From assembly GCA_964470015.1 (NCBI GenBank), contig CAYYBK010000002.1, positions 1 to 32,929 on the forward strand: a DNA stretch of 32,929 nucleotides. Reading direction: 5' to 3'. The stretch is from an uncultured Syntrophales bacterium. GTDB taxonomy: Bacteria; Desulfobacterota; Syntrophia; Syntrophales; Smithellaceae. The position numbers and the translations under genes are program-made. Numbering within the stretch: the first letter of the stretch is position 1; every line of letters begins with the position of its first letter. A model generated the notes under the pieces. That model was not told the origin of the DNA, did no database searches, and was given only the letters and a program-made list of their open reading frames with translations. Positions 1 to 8,356 of this stretch are shown piece by piece.

Positions 1-675
1 AGTGACAATCAATTAATACGTCTCTATCCTATTCCATATCGAGACCTTGATAACGATAAAAAATTTAAAAAGTATAGTATAATTGAAGGGGATTGCTGGA
101 AAGCAAACGATGATAAAAGACCTGAAAGCTTTAGAGTTGATCCTAATTCAATAAAAGTTATTGAAAGACTTAAGCCAAATGATAAATGGAAAAAAAGAAA
201 ATCAATAGTATTAAGAGTACCTATAGAATCAATGTGTCAGGTTTTAAGAGATGCAAGTGAAAATGATATTTCTTTAGGTTTAATAAAACCAGAAAACATT
301 TCTTTCAATTGGGAAAAGCAACCAAAGTCAGATGTACAAGCACGAGAAGCATGTTATGCTCAATTAAGTTTCTTCAATCAGTATAAAGATGCTATAGAAA
401 AGATACCTTATAACTTTTATTATTCTTTTCGTTGTACCGGATGCAATGATTGCACAAATCATAGACTTTCTATTGTTGATTGGGAAATAGGACAAGCTTA
501 TCGATTTTGGCGTTCGAAATATAAAGATGAAGAAAGTTGTTTAGAAAAAATCAAACAAAAATGGGAGGAAATCTCAGATACTACTAAGAAGGATGTTTAT
601 TTTTACGTAGGGAACATGAAACGCTTTCGTGATAAATTTATGGTTTTAGGTGTCTTTTACCCACCGCATAAGTAG
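1..675 (+). CDS. Hypothetical protein, 5'-truncated by the window edge (C-terminal 224 aa visible); AT-rich, foreign-looking; contains a CTGCNDC cysteine cluster
   Basis: Frame 1 is open from nt 1 (SDNQLIRLYPIPYRDL...) through track ORF 232..675 to TAG at 673-675, so the real start lies left of the window. A hand count of nt 1-120 gives about 30% G+C, against 50-60% elsewhere. I cannot assign any motif to a named family. Confidence 0.6.
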   Translation, partial: SDNQLIRLYPIPYRDLDNDKKFKKYSIIEGDCWKANDDKRPESFRVDPNSIKVIERLKPNDKWKKRKSIVLRVPIESMCQVLRDASENDISLGLIKPENISFNWEKQPKSDVQAREACYAQLSFFNQYKDAIEKIPYNFYYSFRCTGCNDCTNHRLSIVDWEIGQAYRFWRSKYKDEESCLEKIKQKWEEISDTTKKDVYFYVGNMKRFRDKFMVLGVFYPPHK

Positions 676-760
676 AAACTTCCATCATTACAGCCCGCTA
701 ATACTAATCAGCATAACAAGAGAGACAACTTTACTTCAAATTTTTAGGTGTATTCACATG

Positions 761-793
761 GTAAAGTTAAAGAAGGTTAAAGGCAGGTTAAAG
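761..793. repeat. Three phased direct copies of GTTAAAG (766-772, 776-782, 787-793) plus a GTAAAG half copy (761-766)
   Basis: Read directly from the sequence: gGTAAAGTTAAAGaagGTTAAAGgcagGTTAAAGaaa. Copy-to-copy spacing is 10 and 11 bp, about one helical turn. The repeats lie in the AT-rich spacer between the foreign-looking ORF and the 3' end of tRNA-Ser(GCT). Confidence 0.5.
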
Positions 794-831
794 AAATTTA
801 TTCGCTGAATATCGAAATTTACGAATAAAAA

Positions 832-926
832 TGGCGGAGAGAGCGGGATTTGAACCCGCGGTACACCTTTAAAGGGCGTACAATCGCTTAGCAGGCGATC
901 GCTTTCGGCCACTCAGCCATCTCTCC
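832..926 (-). tRNA. tRNA-Ser (anticodon GCT), CCA encoded
   Basis: The reverse complement reads GGAGAGATGGCTGAGTGGCCGAAAGCGATCGCCTGCTAAGCGATTGTACGCCCTTTAAAGGTGTACCGCGGGTTCAAATCCCGCTCTCTCCGCCA. Acceptor stem is GGAGAGA/TCTCTCC. Anticodon arm is ATCGC-CTGCTAA-GCGAT, giving GCT. It has a long variable arm and T arm GCGGG-TTCAAAT-CCCGC. Length is 95 nt. Confidence 0.92.
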
Positions 927-1025
927 GTTTTTTGAGGCCGTTCATTTTGTGATGACAGACCTTTTACAAGGTCAGCGTCACTTATGCAAGGTCATTTTGT
1001 CAGTTGAACAAAAGGCCCAATTTTC

Positions 1026-1111
1026 TGGCGGAGGGAGCAGGATTCGAACCCGCGAACCTTTCGGTCAACGGTTTTCAAGACCGCCGCCATAGACCACTCG
1101 GCCATCCCTCC
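1026..1111 (-). tRNA. tRNA-Ser (anticodon TGA), CCA encoded
   Basis: The reverse complement reads GGAGGGATGGCCGAGTGGTCTATGGCGGCGGTCTTGAAAACCGTTGACCGAAAGGTTCGCGGGTTCGAATCCTGCTCCCTCCGCCA. Acceptor stem is GGAGGGA/TCCCTCC. Anticodon arm is GCGGT-CTTGAAA-ACCGT, giving TGA. It has an extra arm and T loop TTCGAAT. Length is 86 nt. Confidence 0.92.
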
Positions 1112-1130
1112 ATATTTAAATGTTATTTTT

Positions 1131-2405
1131 TTAAAAGGTAATCCGGTCAATACCTCTTAAATATGGTTGCAAAACGGGTGGAACCAAAACAGAGCCGTCC
1201 GCCTGCTGATAATTCTCCAGTATGGCGACAACGGTTCTTCCCACCGCCAGTCCCGAACCGTTTAAAGTGTGGATAAATTCCACCTTGCCGTTTTCTTCGC
1301 GGCGGAAGCGGATCGAGGCCCGCCGGGCCTGAAAATCCTCAAAATTGCTGCACGAAGAAATCTCACGATACGCATTTTGTCCCGGCATCCAGGCTTCGAC
1401 ATCATAGGTTTTAGCGGAGGAGAAACCCAAATCCGCAGTACAAAGGCTGACCGTCCGGTGATGAATTCCCAATTGTTTGAGCACTTCTTCGGCATTGGCT
1501 GTCAGTTTTTCCAGTTCCTCGTAAGAGTTTTCCGGCCTGGTGAACTTGACCATCTCCACTTTATTGAACTGATGCTGGCGGATAAGGCCGCGTGTATCCT
1601 TACCGTAGGAGCCTGCTTCCGAGCGGAAACACGGCGAATAAGCCACGTGATACAGGGGCAGCTTCTTTTCCTCCAGTATTTCCTCACGATAGATGTTGGT
1701 TACAGGAACTTCCGCCGTGGGTATCAGAAAGTAATCCATTTTTTCAATTTTAAAAAGATCCTCGGCAAATTTCGGCAGCTGGCCGGTGCCGGTCATGCTT
1801 TCACGGTTGACCATAAACGGTGTCAGCACTTCCGTATAGCCGTGCTTGCCGGTGTGCAGATCCAGCATGAAATTAATCAATGCCCGCTCGAGGGCGGCAC
1901 CCAGACCACGGTACAAAGTGAAACGGGCGCCGGTTATCTTTGCCCCGCGCGCAAAATCCAGAATGTTCAGATTTTCGCCCAGCTCCCAGTGCTCTTTCGG
2001 CTTAAAGGCGAACGCCGGTTTTTCGCCCCAGCTGCGGATAACCGGGTTGTCTTCCGAACCGCGGCCGATGACTACGGATTCATGCTGAATATTCGGGACA
2101 GTCAGAACAAAGGCGTTGAGTTCTTCCTCGGTAATCCGCAGACGTTCATCAAGCTCCTTGATTCTGGCGGAAACGGCGCTCATGCGGGCAATCAGAGCAG
2201 AAGCATCTGCTTTCTTTTTTTTAAGTTCGCCGATTTCTTTGGAAACATTGTTGCGCTCGTTGCGCAATGTTTCGACTTCCAGCAAAATATCCCGGCGCTG
2301 AATATCAAGGGCCGTAAAACGGTCAAAATCGATGGCCTGTCCTCTTTCCGCCATTTTTTTGCGGACAAGCTCCAGGTTCTGCCTTAAATATTTAATATCC
2401 AGCAT
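1131..2405 (-). CDS. serS: Seryl-tRNA synthetase
   Basis: 424 aa. The N-terminal coiled-coil arm starts [18 protein letters not shown]. Class II core motifs are present ([54 protein letters not shown]). Length is typical for bacterial SerRS. Confidence 0.97.
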   Translation of the reverse strand: MLDIKYLRQNLELVRKKMAERGQAIDFDRFTALDIQRRDILLEVETLRNERNNVSKEIGELKKKKADASALIARMSAVSARIKELDERLRITEEELNAFVLTVPNIQHESVVIGRGSEDNPVIRSWGEKPAFAFKPKEHWELGENLNILDFARGAKITGARFTLYRGLGAALERALINFMLDLHTGKHGYTEVLTPFMVNRESMTGTGQLPKFAEDLFKIEKMDYFLIPTAEVPVTNIYREEILEEKKLPLYHVAYSPCFRSEAGSYGKDTRGLIRQHQFNKVEMVKFTRPENSYEELEKLTANAEEVLKQLGIHHRTVSLCTADLGFSSAKTYDVEAWMPGQNAYREISSCSNFEDFQARRASIRFRREENGKVEFIHTLNGSGLAVGRTVVAILENYQQADGSVLVPPVLQPYLRGIDRITF

Positions 2406-2508
2406 GATTTAGCACCCAAATTCGTTTCAAATTTGCCGCTCTAAGAACGAAGTCCCCTATCATTTTGACAGGATGAAGTCAATATTTTTGTCCTTGTCCT
2501 TCCGCCGC

Positions 2509-4089
2509 TCAACGCTTAAATTTTCTTTTCAATTTTCCGACAATGCTGTGAATCTCCGGGCTTTTTAAAAGATAGGTACAGGCGAAATACGTTATCATCC
2601 CCACTGCAACGGCCACAATCAGATGAATCAGCCTGGCCTTAAACGGCGCATTTGTGCTCCAGGGAATAATGATGCCGACGAGCAGGAGCGCTCCCCACAT
2701 TACCAGCGAGGAGATAATGATTTTACCGGTAGAAGAGTAAAAGCCGCGGTCCAGAAAGATGCCGATTTTTTTCTTCAAAACGATGCCTAAAATGATGACA
2801 TTAACCATAGAAGCCAGGGAATTGGCCAGCGCCAGTCCGTTATGCTTCAGCGGGAACATCAGGGCGACGCTGGCGGCGACATTGACAATGAGAGTGATAA
2901 TGGCTGCTTTCATGGGCCATTTGGCATCCTGCAAGGAGTAAAAAGCGGCAGTGATAATGCGGATAGTGGAAAAGGCCCATAGTCCTAGGGCATAACAGAA
3001 CAGCGCCTGGGCGGTAAGAATTGCGGCATGGGCATCAAATGCGCCGCGCTGAAAGAGCACGGAAATGATGGGCAGATTCAGAGCCATCAACGCCACCATT
3101 GCCGGAACGGTTACAAATAGCACCAGCCGTAAAGAAAAAGAGATCGTTGTTTTTAATTCGTCCAGTTTTCCTTTGGAGGCATGTTCCGCCAGGCTGGGCA
3201 GAGTGGCGGTGCCGATAGCAATGGCGAAAACACCTAAGGGCAGTTCCATGATGCGGTCGGCAAAGTAGAGATAGGAAACGCTGCCCTGCGGCAGGAGAGA
3301 GGCGAGGATTGTTCCGACGAAAACGTTGATTTGGTAAATGGCGGCACCGAAAGCCGCCGGCAGCAGCAAAACGGCGATTTGTCTGATGCCCGGATGATGC
3401 CAGTTGAATTTAAATTTAAATTTTATCCCGTATTTGATTAAAAAGGGCCACTGCATGGCCAGCTGCAGGACGCCGCCGATCATCACGCCGGCTGCCAGCG
3501 CGGTGACCGGTTCGGCGAAGAAATCGCGTAGGGTAAGCGCCGCGACAATCAGGGAAATGTTCAGAATTACGGGTGAAAGAGCCGGCGCGGCAAAATGCCG
3601 GAACGAATTGAGGATGCCCATGCATAGCGCCACCAGTGACATAAAGAAAATGTACGGGAACATCAGGCGGTTTAAGAAAACCGCGAGCGTGAATTGTTCC
3701 GGTGTTTTCACAAAGCCCGGTGCGATTACGGTAACGATGAGGGGGGAAAATAAGACGCCTAGAAGGGAGAGGGCAACCAGAAATATCGATAATAAAGTGA
3801 AGGCGATATTGGCCAGTTCCAGCGCTTCCGCTTTTGATTTTTTGTGCAGATAGTCCGTAAAAACGGGAACGAACGAAACTGTCAATGACCCTTCGCCGAT
3901 CAGCCGCCGCAGGAGATTGGGGATGCGGAAAGCAACGAAAAATGCGTCGGTAGCAAGACCGGCGCCGAAAAAGGCGGCCACTACCATGTCCCGGATAAAT
4001 CCGAAAATCCGGCTCGCCATGGTCGAAATGCTGACGACTCCGGCGGCTTTTGCTACTTTATCGTTCTCCTGGTTGGTGATCTGTGCCAT
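2509..4089 (-). CDS. murJ: Lipid II flippase MurJ (MviN family)
   Basis: 526 aa polytopic membrane protein. It has the conserved MurJ N-terminus ...AAGVVSISTMASRIFGFIRDMVVAAFFGAG and many hydrophobic segments. Size is typical. Confidence 0.92.
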   Translation of the reverse strand: MAQITNQENDKVAKAAGVVSISTMASRIFGFIRDMVVAAFFGAGLATDAFFVAFRIPNLLRRLIGEGSLTVSFVPVFTDYLHKKSKAEALELANIAFTLLSIFLVALSLLGVLFSPLIVTVIAPGFVKTPEQFTLAVFLNRLMFPYIFFMSLVALCMGILNSFRHFAAPALSPVILNISLIVAALTLRDFFAEPVTALAAGVMIGGVLQLAMQWPFLIKYGIKFKFKFNWHHPGIRQIAVLLLPAAFGAAIYQINVFVGTILASLLPQGSVSYLYFADRIMELPLGVFAIAIGTATLPSLAEHASKGKLDELKTTISFSLRLVLFVTVPAMVALMALNLPIISVLFQRGAFDAHAAILTAQALFCYALGLWAFSTIRIITAAFYSLQDAKWPMKAAIITLIVNVAASVALMFPLKHNGLALANSLASMVNVIILGIVLKKKIGIFLDRGFYSSTGKIIISSLVMWGALLLVGIIIPWSTNAPFKARLIHLIVAVAVGMITYFACTYLLKSPEIHSIVGKLKRKFKR

Positions 4090-4117
4090 TGAGAAGTTTC
4101 CCGGCCGGAACGGATTG

Positions 4118-4423
4118 CTATTCTAAAACGGCCGTTATTTTCTTTTCCAGTTGCGCTTTGGTGATATCCTTAAGCAGGATGGTTTTTCGGCGCGATTTAT
4201 GGCCGGTGAATATCTCCAGCTGACTCTTTCGCAGGCCGAGTTCCTTCGCCAGCAGCCTGATGCAGGCTGCGTTGGCTTCGCCTTCCGCCGGCAGCGCGGT
4301 AACCTTTACCTTCAAGGCATTATCCTGGATGCCGGCGATACCGGCGCGCGCGGCGCGCGGCGTTACCTGGATGTCGAAGGTTAAACCGTTTTTGTTTTCT
4401 TTTACAGGAAAAGTCGTGGTCAA
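4118..4423 (-). CDS. yggU: DUF167 / YggU (UPF0235) family protein
   Basis: 101 aa. The patterns VTPRAARAGIAGI...LKVKVTALPAEGEANAACIRLLAKELGL...GHKSRRKTILL match the YggU family. It sits in the usual yggT/proC neighbourhood. Confidence 0.85.
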   Translation of the reverse strand: MTTTFPVKENKNGLTFDIQVTPRAARAGIAGIQDNALKVKVTALPAEGEANAACIRLLAKELGLRKSQLEIFTGHKSRRKTILLKDITKAQLEKKITAVLE

Positions 4424-4447
4424 GGAGGATTACCTTTCTCGCAGTTG

Positions 4448-4744
4448 TTATAAGCGCCGGGCCAGTTGAATCAGTGATTCCACCAGAAAATACTGCAAGA
4501 AAACGATGATTAAAACGACGATTACGGGGGCGAAATCAATGCCCGTATTACGCAGCGGCAATATCCGGCGCACGGGTTTTAACACCGGTTCGGTTGCCCG
4601 GTAGAGGAATATCACTATTTTATTATAGGGATCAGGATTTACCCAGGAAATTACCGCGCGGAAGATAATCAACCACATGTAAATAGTTAAAACGATTTCA
4701 ATGACCTTGGCCAAAGCAATTACAAAATTATCAAAAACAAACAT
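4448..4744 (-). CDS. yggT: YggT family integral membrane protein
   Basis: The track ORF 4448..4783 overlaps the upstream gene. The internal ATG at 4744 (MFVFDNFVIALAKV...) has a GAGGA 5 nt upstream and starts after that gene's stop (4764). The product is a small two-helix membrane protein with the YggT-like segments WLIIFRAVISWVNPDPYN...PLRNTGIDFAPVIV. Confidence 0.8.
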   Translation of the reverse strand: MFVFDNFVIALAKVIEIVLTIYMWLIIFRAVISWVNPDPYNKIVIFLYRATEPVLKPVRRILPLRNTGIDFAPVIVVLIIVFLQYFLVESLIQLARRL

Positions 4745-4763
4745 AAAATCCTCACAATAATTT

Positions 4764-5540
4764 CTAGGAGAAGGAAGCTGCAAATTCGCTTAATGCCTTG
4801 TTGAATTCTGCCGGTTTTTCCATCATGGCCACGTGACCTGCGCCCTCGATCAGGCAGAGTTTGGCGCCTTTGATGGCGGCGGCCAGCCGGCGGGAAAAAT
4901 CGGGCGGAGTCATTTTGTCTTCCGCACCGCAAATCAGCAGCACCGGGATTTGTATTTTACCGGCAACGGTGGTCAAATCCAGATTGTTGCAGGCGGTGAG
5001 ATCGCCGTAAAAAGATGCTACGCTGGATTCGGATAAGCCGGTCTTTAAGGCATCGAATAAGCGGGGCCGGTTTTCTTTGGTTAACGAGAATTTGCAGATT
5101 AAGTTCAGGGCTTCATCCCGATTTGTTTTTAAACCTTCCAGAATGGACGGATTCACGGGCATTTTTTCTCCGGCGCCCACCGGCGCGATTCCCCTGACGG
5201 CCTGCGGATAATGCAGCGCAAATTTCAACGCTATTGCCCCGCCGAGTGATTGACCGACCAGCACCGGGTTCTTCAGCTGCAAAACATCGAGGAGCTGCTT
5301 GATCCACACGCAGTAGTTATCGACTTCTTTTTCTCCGCTGCCGCTCGACTGGCCGTGCCCCGGAAGGTCAAAGGCCACAATATTAAATTGTTTGTGCAAC
5401 TGCGAATATTGATAGACCCAGCTTCGGAGATTGCTGCCGGAACTATGGACAAAGATCAAACTTTGCTGATGCCGGCCGAAATCTTCGGGGTTTACCCAGC
5501 AGGCTATTTCTGTATGGTCAATAATGATTTTTTTAATCAT
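4764..5540 (-). CDS. Alpha/beta-fold hydrolase
   Basis: 258 aa. Oxyanion-region HSSGSN, nucleophile elbow GQSLGG, and a C-terminal GAGHVAMMEKP histidine motif typical of the alpha/beta hydrolase-6 type. Substrate unknown. Confidence 0.8.
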   Translation of the reverse strand: MIKKIIIDHTEIACWVNPEDFGRHQQSLIFVHSSGSNLRSWVYQYSQLHKQFNIVAFDLPGHGQSSGSGEKEVDNYCVWIKQLLDVLQLKNPVLVGQSLGGAIALKFALHYPQAVRGIAPVGAGEKMPVNPSILEGLKTNRDEALNLICKFSLTKENRPRLFDALKTGLSESSVASFYGDLTACNNLDLTTVAGKIQIPVLLICGAEDKMTPPDFSRRLAAAIKGAKLCLIEGAGHVAMMEKPAEFNKALSEFAASFS

Positions 5541-5623
5541 GAATTTGCCGACTCCTTTGAAATTACTATAGCAAAAGCATAAATTTATGCAATGGAAGAA
5601 TACGACAAAAGAGCCGATTTGTG

Positions 5624-5653
5624 TTGACAGGATAAGGGCGCCTTTCGTATAAC
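5624..5653 (+). promoter_or_regulatory. Sigma70-like promoter upstream of proC
   Basis: TTGACA (5624-5629), an 18 nt spacer, then TATAAC (5648-5653). It lies about 35 nt upstream of the GGAAGGAG Shine-Dalgarno and the proC ATG. Based on sequence match only. Confidence 0.45.
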
Positions 5654-5688
5654 TTCACAAAAATGACGGCGAGGGAAGGAGATCGAAA

Positions 5689-6507
5689 ATGCTCAAAAGA
5701 AAAAAGATCGCAATCATTGGCGGCGGCAAAATGGGAAGCATCATCGCCCAGGGCTTAGTCTCCCGTAAAATAATTTCCGGCAAAAATATTACGGTGACGG
5801 ACATCGACGCCGACCGGCTGAATTTTATTCACTCCGAAATGGGATTGCGGGTATCCGGGGCAAATCAAGAAACGGTAAAAGACGCAGGCATCGTTATCCT
5901 GGCTGTAAAACCGCAAAACATGGCGCAAACGCTGCAGGAAATTGCGGGTGTGGTTGATAAAACAAAGTTAGTGATTTCCATTGCTGCGGGCATCACCACC
6001 GGCTTCGTGCAAGGATTCTTGGCCAAAGGGGTGCGCATCATCAGAGTTATGCCCAATACACCGGCGCTTGCCGGTGCGGGGGCGACGGCGGTAGCCAGAG
6101 GAATCAATGCCACGGCGGCCGATGTTAAGCTTGCACGCGTCGTTTTTGATGCCGTGGGGATTACCATAGAAGTGGATGAAAAGTTAATGGATGCGGTAAC
6201 GGGGCTGAGCGGCAGCGGTCCGGCTTACTGCTTTCTGATGATCGAAGCGCTGGCTGATGCCGGTGTGCAAATGGGCCTGCCCCGGGAAATGTCCCTGCGG
6301 CTGGCGGCACAGACCATGCTGGGATCGGCCCTGCTTTGCCTGCAGGGCGACAAACATCCGGCGCAATTAAAGGATATGGTTACTTCCCCTGCGGGCACTA
6401 CTGCGGCCGGCCTCAAAGTGCTGGACGAAGGTAAAATCAGGGCAACGCTGATTTCCGCGGTCGAGGCGGCAACAAAACGCTCCCGGGAGCTGGGCGGCGG
6501 CAAATAA
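5689..6507 (+). CDS. proC: Pyrroline-5-carboxylate reductase
   Basis: 272 aa. N-terminal Rossmann motif IAIIGGGKMGSII, and the conserved C-terminal segments MDAVTGLSGSGPAYCF and VTSPAGTTAAGL. Confidence 0.95.
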   Translation: MLKRKKIAIIGGGKMGSIIAQGLVSRKIISGKNITVTDIDADRLNFIHSEMGLRVSGANQETVKDAGIVILAVKPQNMAQTLQEIAGVVDKTKLVISIAAGITTGFVQGFLAKGVRIIRVMPNTPALAGAGATAVARGINATAADVKLARVVFDAVGITIEVDEKLMDAVTGLSGSGPAYCFLMIEALADAGVQMGLPREMSLRLAAQTMLGSALLCLQGDKHPAQLKDMVTSPAGTTAAGLKVLDEGKIRATLISAVEAATKRSRELGGGK

Positions 6508-6545
6508 AAAGGGCGGGTTGCCCCACCGCCCCTGTATTTTTCATT
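6506..6545. terminator. Bidirectional intrinsic terminator between convergent proC and kdsB
   Basis: AAAAA-GGGCGG (6511-6516), a 9 nt loop, CCGCCC (26-31 of the 65xx block), then CTGTATTTTT. The A run upstream and T run downstream would allow it to work in both directions. Confidence 0.55.
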
Positions 6546-6547
6546 CC

Positions 6548-7297
6548 TCAGGGATTCTTCTCCAGCAGAATCCGCCGCACACGTTCCAGTTCCTGCTCGT
6601 TATCTACCTCCACCGAATCGTGCGGCGTGATGACCACCTTGATTTTATAACCGTGCTCCAAAGCCCTTAACTGCTCCAGCGCCTCCAGCCGCTCCAGTTT
6701 GCCTTCGGGGAGACTGGTGAATGTATCAAGAAAATCGCGGCGGTAAGCATAAATGCCGTGATGTTTGTAATAATCCGCGGTCATGTTTTTGCTGCGGACA
6801 TAGGGAACCGTCGCGCGTGAAAAATACAAGGCGAAGCCCTGGTCGTCAAAAACGGTTTTTACGGCATGGGGATGCGTTATTTCTTCTTCGAGGATAATCT
6901 TATAAATCAAGGTGGACATGTTGAGGGCGGGATCATCAAGCAGCGGCTGGATTACCTCGTCCACCTGGACCGGTTCGAAAATCGGCTGGTCGCCCTGGAT
7001 GTTGACGACTATTGCCTCCGGCGCCAGATTCATGGTTTTCACTGCTTCCGCAATTCTATCCGTGCCGGAACGATGCGTGGCTGCGGTCATTACGGCATTG
7101 CCGCCGAATTTTTTTACGGCATTGAATATGCGTTCATCATCAGTGGCGACAGCGACATAAGGGATGGCCTTTGCCCGGGCGACACGCTCATAAACGTGCT
7201 GAATCATCGGCTTGCCGCAAAGATCGGCAAGCGGTTTTCCCGGAAACCGGCTGGATTCATAACGCGACGGGATTATGCAGACAACGTCTCTTTTCAT
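6548..7297 (-). CDS. kdsB: 3-deoxy-manno-octulosonate cytidylyltransferase (CMP-KDO synthetase)
   Basis: 249 aa. The N-terminus CIIPSRYESSRFPGKPLADLCGKPMIQHV closely parallels enterobacterial KdsB. The start overlaps the hldD stop in ATGA (7294-7297). Confidence 0.95.
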   Translation of the reverse strand: MKRDVVCIIPSRYESSRFPGKPLADLCGKPMIQHVYERVARAKAIPYVAVATDDERIFNAVKKFGGNAVMTAATHRSGTDRIAEAVKTMNLAPEAIVVNIQGDQPIFEPVQVDEVIQPLLDDPALNMSTLIYKIILEEEITHPHAVKTVFDDQGFALYFSRATVPYVRSKNMTADYYKHHGIYAYRRDFLDTFTSLPEGKLERLEALEQLRALEHGYKIKVVITPHDSVEVDNEQELERVRRILLEKNP

Positions 7298-8283
7298 TGC
7301 TGTTCCTCGCCGCCCAGATGCGCGACGGATTGCTGCAAATAATTTGCCACGTAATCATGCACGGAATCTTTCAGCCGGGAAAACGCCACCGGGCAGCCCG
7401 CGGCCCGGAGCTTGTCCATTTTTGCTTCCGTAAAATACTGGTACTGGTTGCGCAGTCCCTCCGGCATCTCGATATATTCAATATTTGTTTCGAGATTCAT
7501 AGCGGCAAAAACGGCACCGATCAAATCATTCCAGGTGCTGGCCTTACCCGTGCCCAGATTGAAAATGCCGTTGATTTCCGGGTGCTGCAGAAGCCACCAG
7601 ATCACATTGACGCAATCCTTGACATAAACAAAGTCGCGCCGCTGTCCGCCGTCCGGGTATTCCGGCTTATAGGACTTGAACAGTTTTACCCGGCCCGTTT
7701 CCCTGATCTGGTGGAACGCTTTAAAGACGACACTGGTCATATCTTCCTTGTGATACTCGTTGGGGCCGAAAACGTTGAAAAATTTGATGCCGGCGATTTT
7801 ATCCTGCCAGGCGTGCTGCAAAACGCGCAGATCAAAAACATGTTTGGAATAGCCGTACATATTGATGGGCCGGAGGCTGTTTATTTTAGCGTGATCGTCG
7901 GAAAATCCCCGCGTCCCGTCGCCGTACGTCGCCGCCGAGCTGGCATAGATGAAACGCAGGTTTTTATGCAGCGCCCATTCGGCCAGTTCCATGGTGTAGC
8001 GATAATTATTGTGCCAGAGATAATCGGCATCACGCTCTGTCGTTGCGGAACATGCGCCCATGTGGATGACGGCCTGCACGTCAAAAGGAACGCAATCGTC
8101 ATCCAGCATGCTGAGGAAATCGTCTTTATGGACGTATTCGGCAAATTTCAGATTTACCAGGTTTTTCCATTTGTCCGTTGTCCCGAGGCGATCGACGATG
8201 ACAATATCTTCAATTCCTTCCTGATTGAGCTTCCAGATGAACGCACTGCCGATAAACCCGGCTCCACCCGTCACAATAATCAT
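7294..8283 (-). CDS. hldD: ADP-L-glycero-D-manno-heptose 6-epimerase
   Basis: 329 aa. MIIVTGGAGFIGSAFIWKLNQEGIEDIVIVD... is near-collinear with E. coli HldD/RfaD. SDR catalytic motif YGYSK is present. Confidence 0.95.
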   Translation of the reverse strand: MIIVTGGAGFIGSAFIWKLNQEGIEDIVIVDRLGTTDKWKNLVNLKFAEYVHKDDFLSMLDDDCVPFDVQAVIHMGACSATTERDADYLWHNNYRYTMELAEWALHKNLRFIYASSAATYGDGTRGFSDDHAKINSLRPINMYGYSKHVFDLRVLQHAWQDKIAGIKFFNVFGPNEYHKEDMTSVVFKAFHQIRETGRVKLFKSYKPEYPDGGQRRDFVYVKDCVNVIWWLLQHPEINGIFNLGTGKASTWNDLIGAVFAAMNLETNIEYIEMPEGLRNQYQYFTEAKMDKLRAAGCPVAFSRLKDSVHDYVANYLQQSVAHLGGEEQQ

Positions 8284-8310
8284 CGAAACGGCTCCTTCGT
8301 TTTTTAAAAT

Positions 8311-8339
8311 TTAGTAATACCTAAAAGAAATCCTGTCAA
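8311..8339 (-). promoter_or_regulatory. Sigma70-like promoter for hldD-kdsB
   Basis: The minus strand reads TTGACA (8339-8334), a 17 nt spacer, then TACTAA (8316-8311), followed by GAAGGAG and the hldD ATG at 8283. Confidence 0.45.
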
Positions 8340-8356
8340 TAAAGAAAATTTCCGGC

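Noticed and set aside
758-808. 16-codon ORF MVKLKKVKGRLKKFIR across the GTTAAAG repeats
   Set aside because: The apparent coding potential is a by-product of the repeat periodicity. It has no Shine-Dalgarno and extreme Lys content. I treat it as DNA-level repeats.
1269-2387. 372-aa plus-strand ORF covering almost all of serS
   Set aside because: It is the antisense shadow of a clearly identified serS. Its composition is biased and Arg/Phe-rich, it has no motifs, and it has no ribosome-binding site.
2406-2508. T-box or other leader upstream of serS
   Set aside because: Only about 100 nt are available. I found no specifier or antiterminator-like helices, and this organism is a diderm, in which T-boxes are not expected. 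It is most likely just a promoter region, and I could not place a convincing -10 box.
7171-8307. 378-aa plus-strand ORF
   Set aside because: It lies antisense to hldD and to the kdsB start, both recognised with high confidence. Long shadow ORFs are expected in GC-rich coding DNA.
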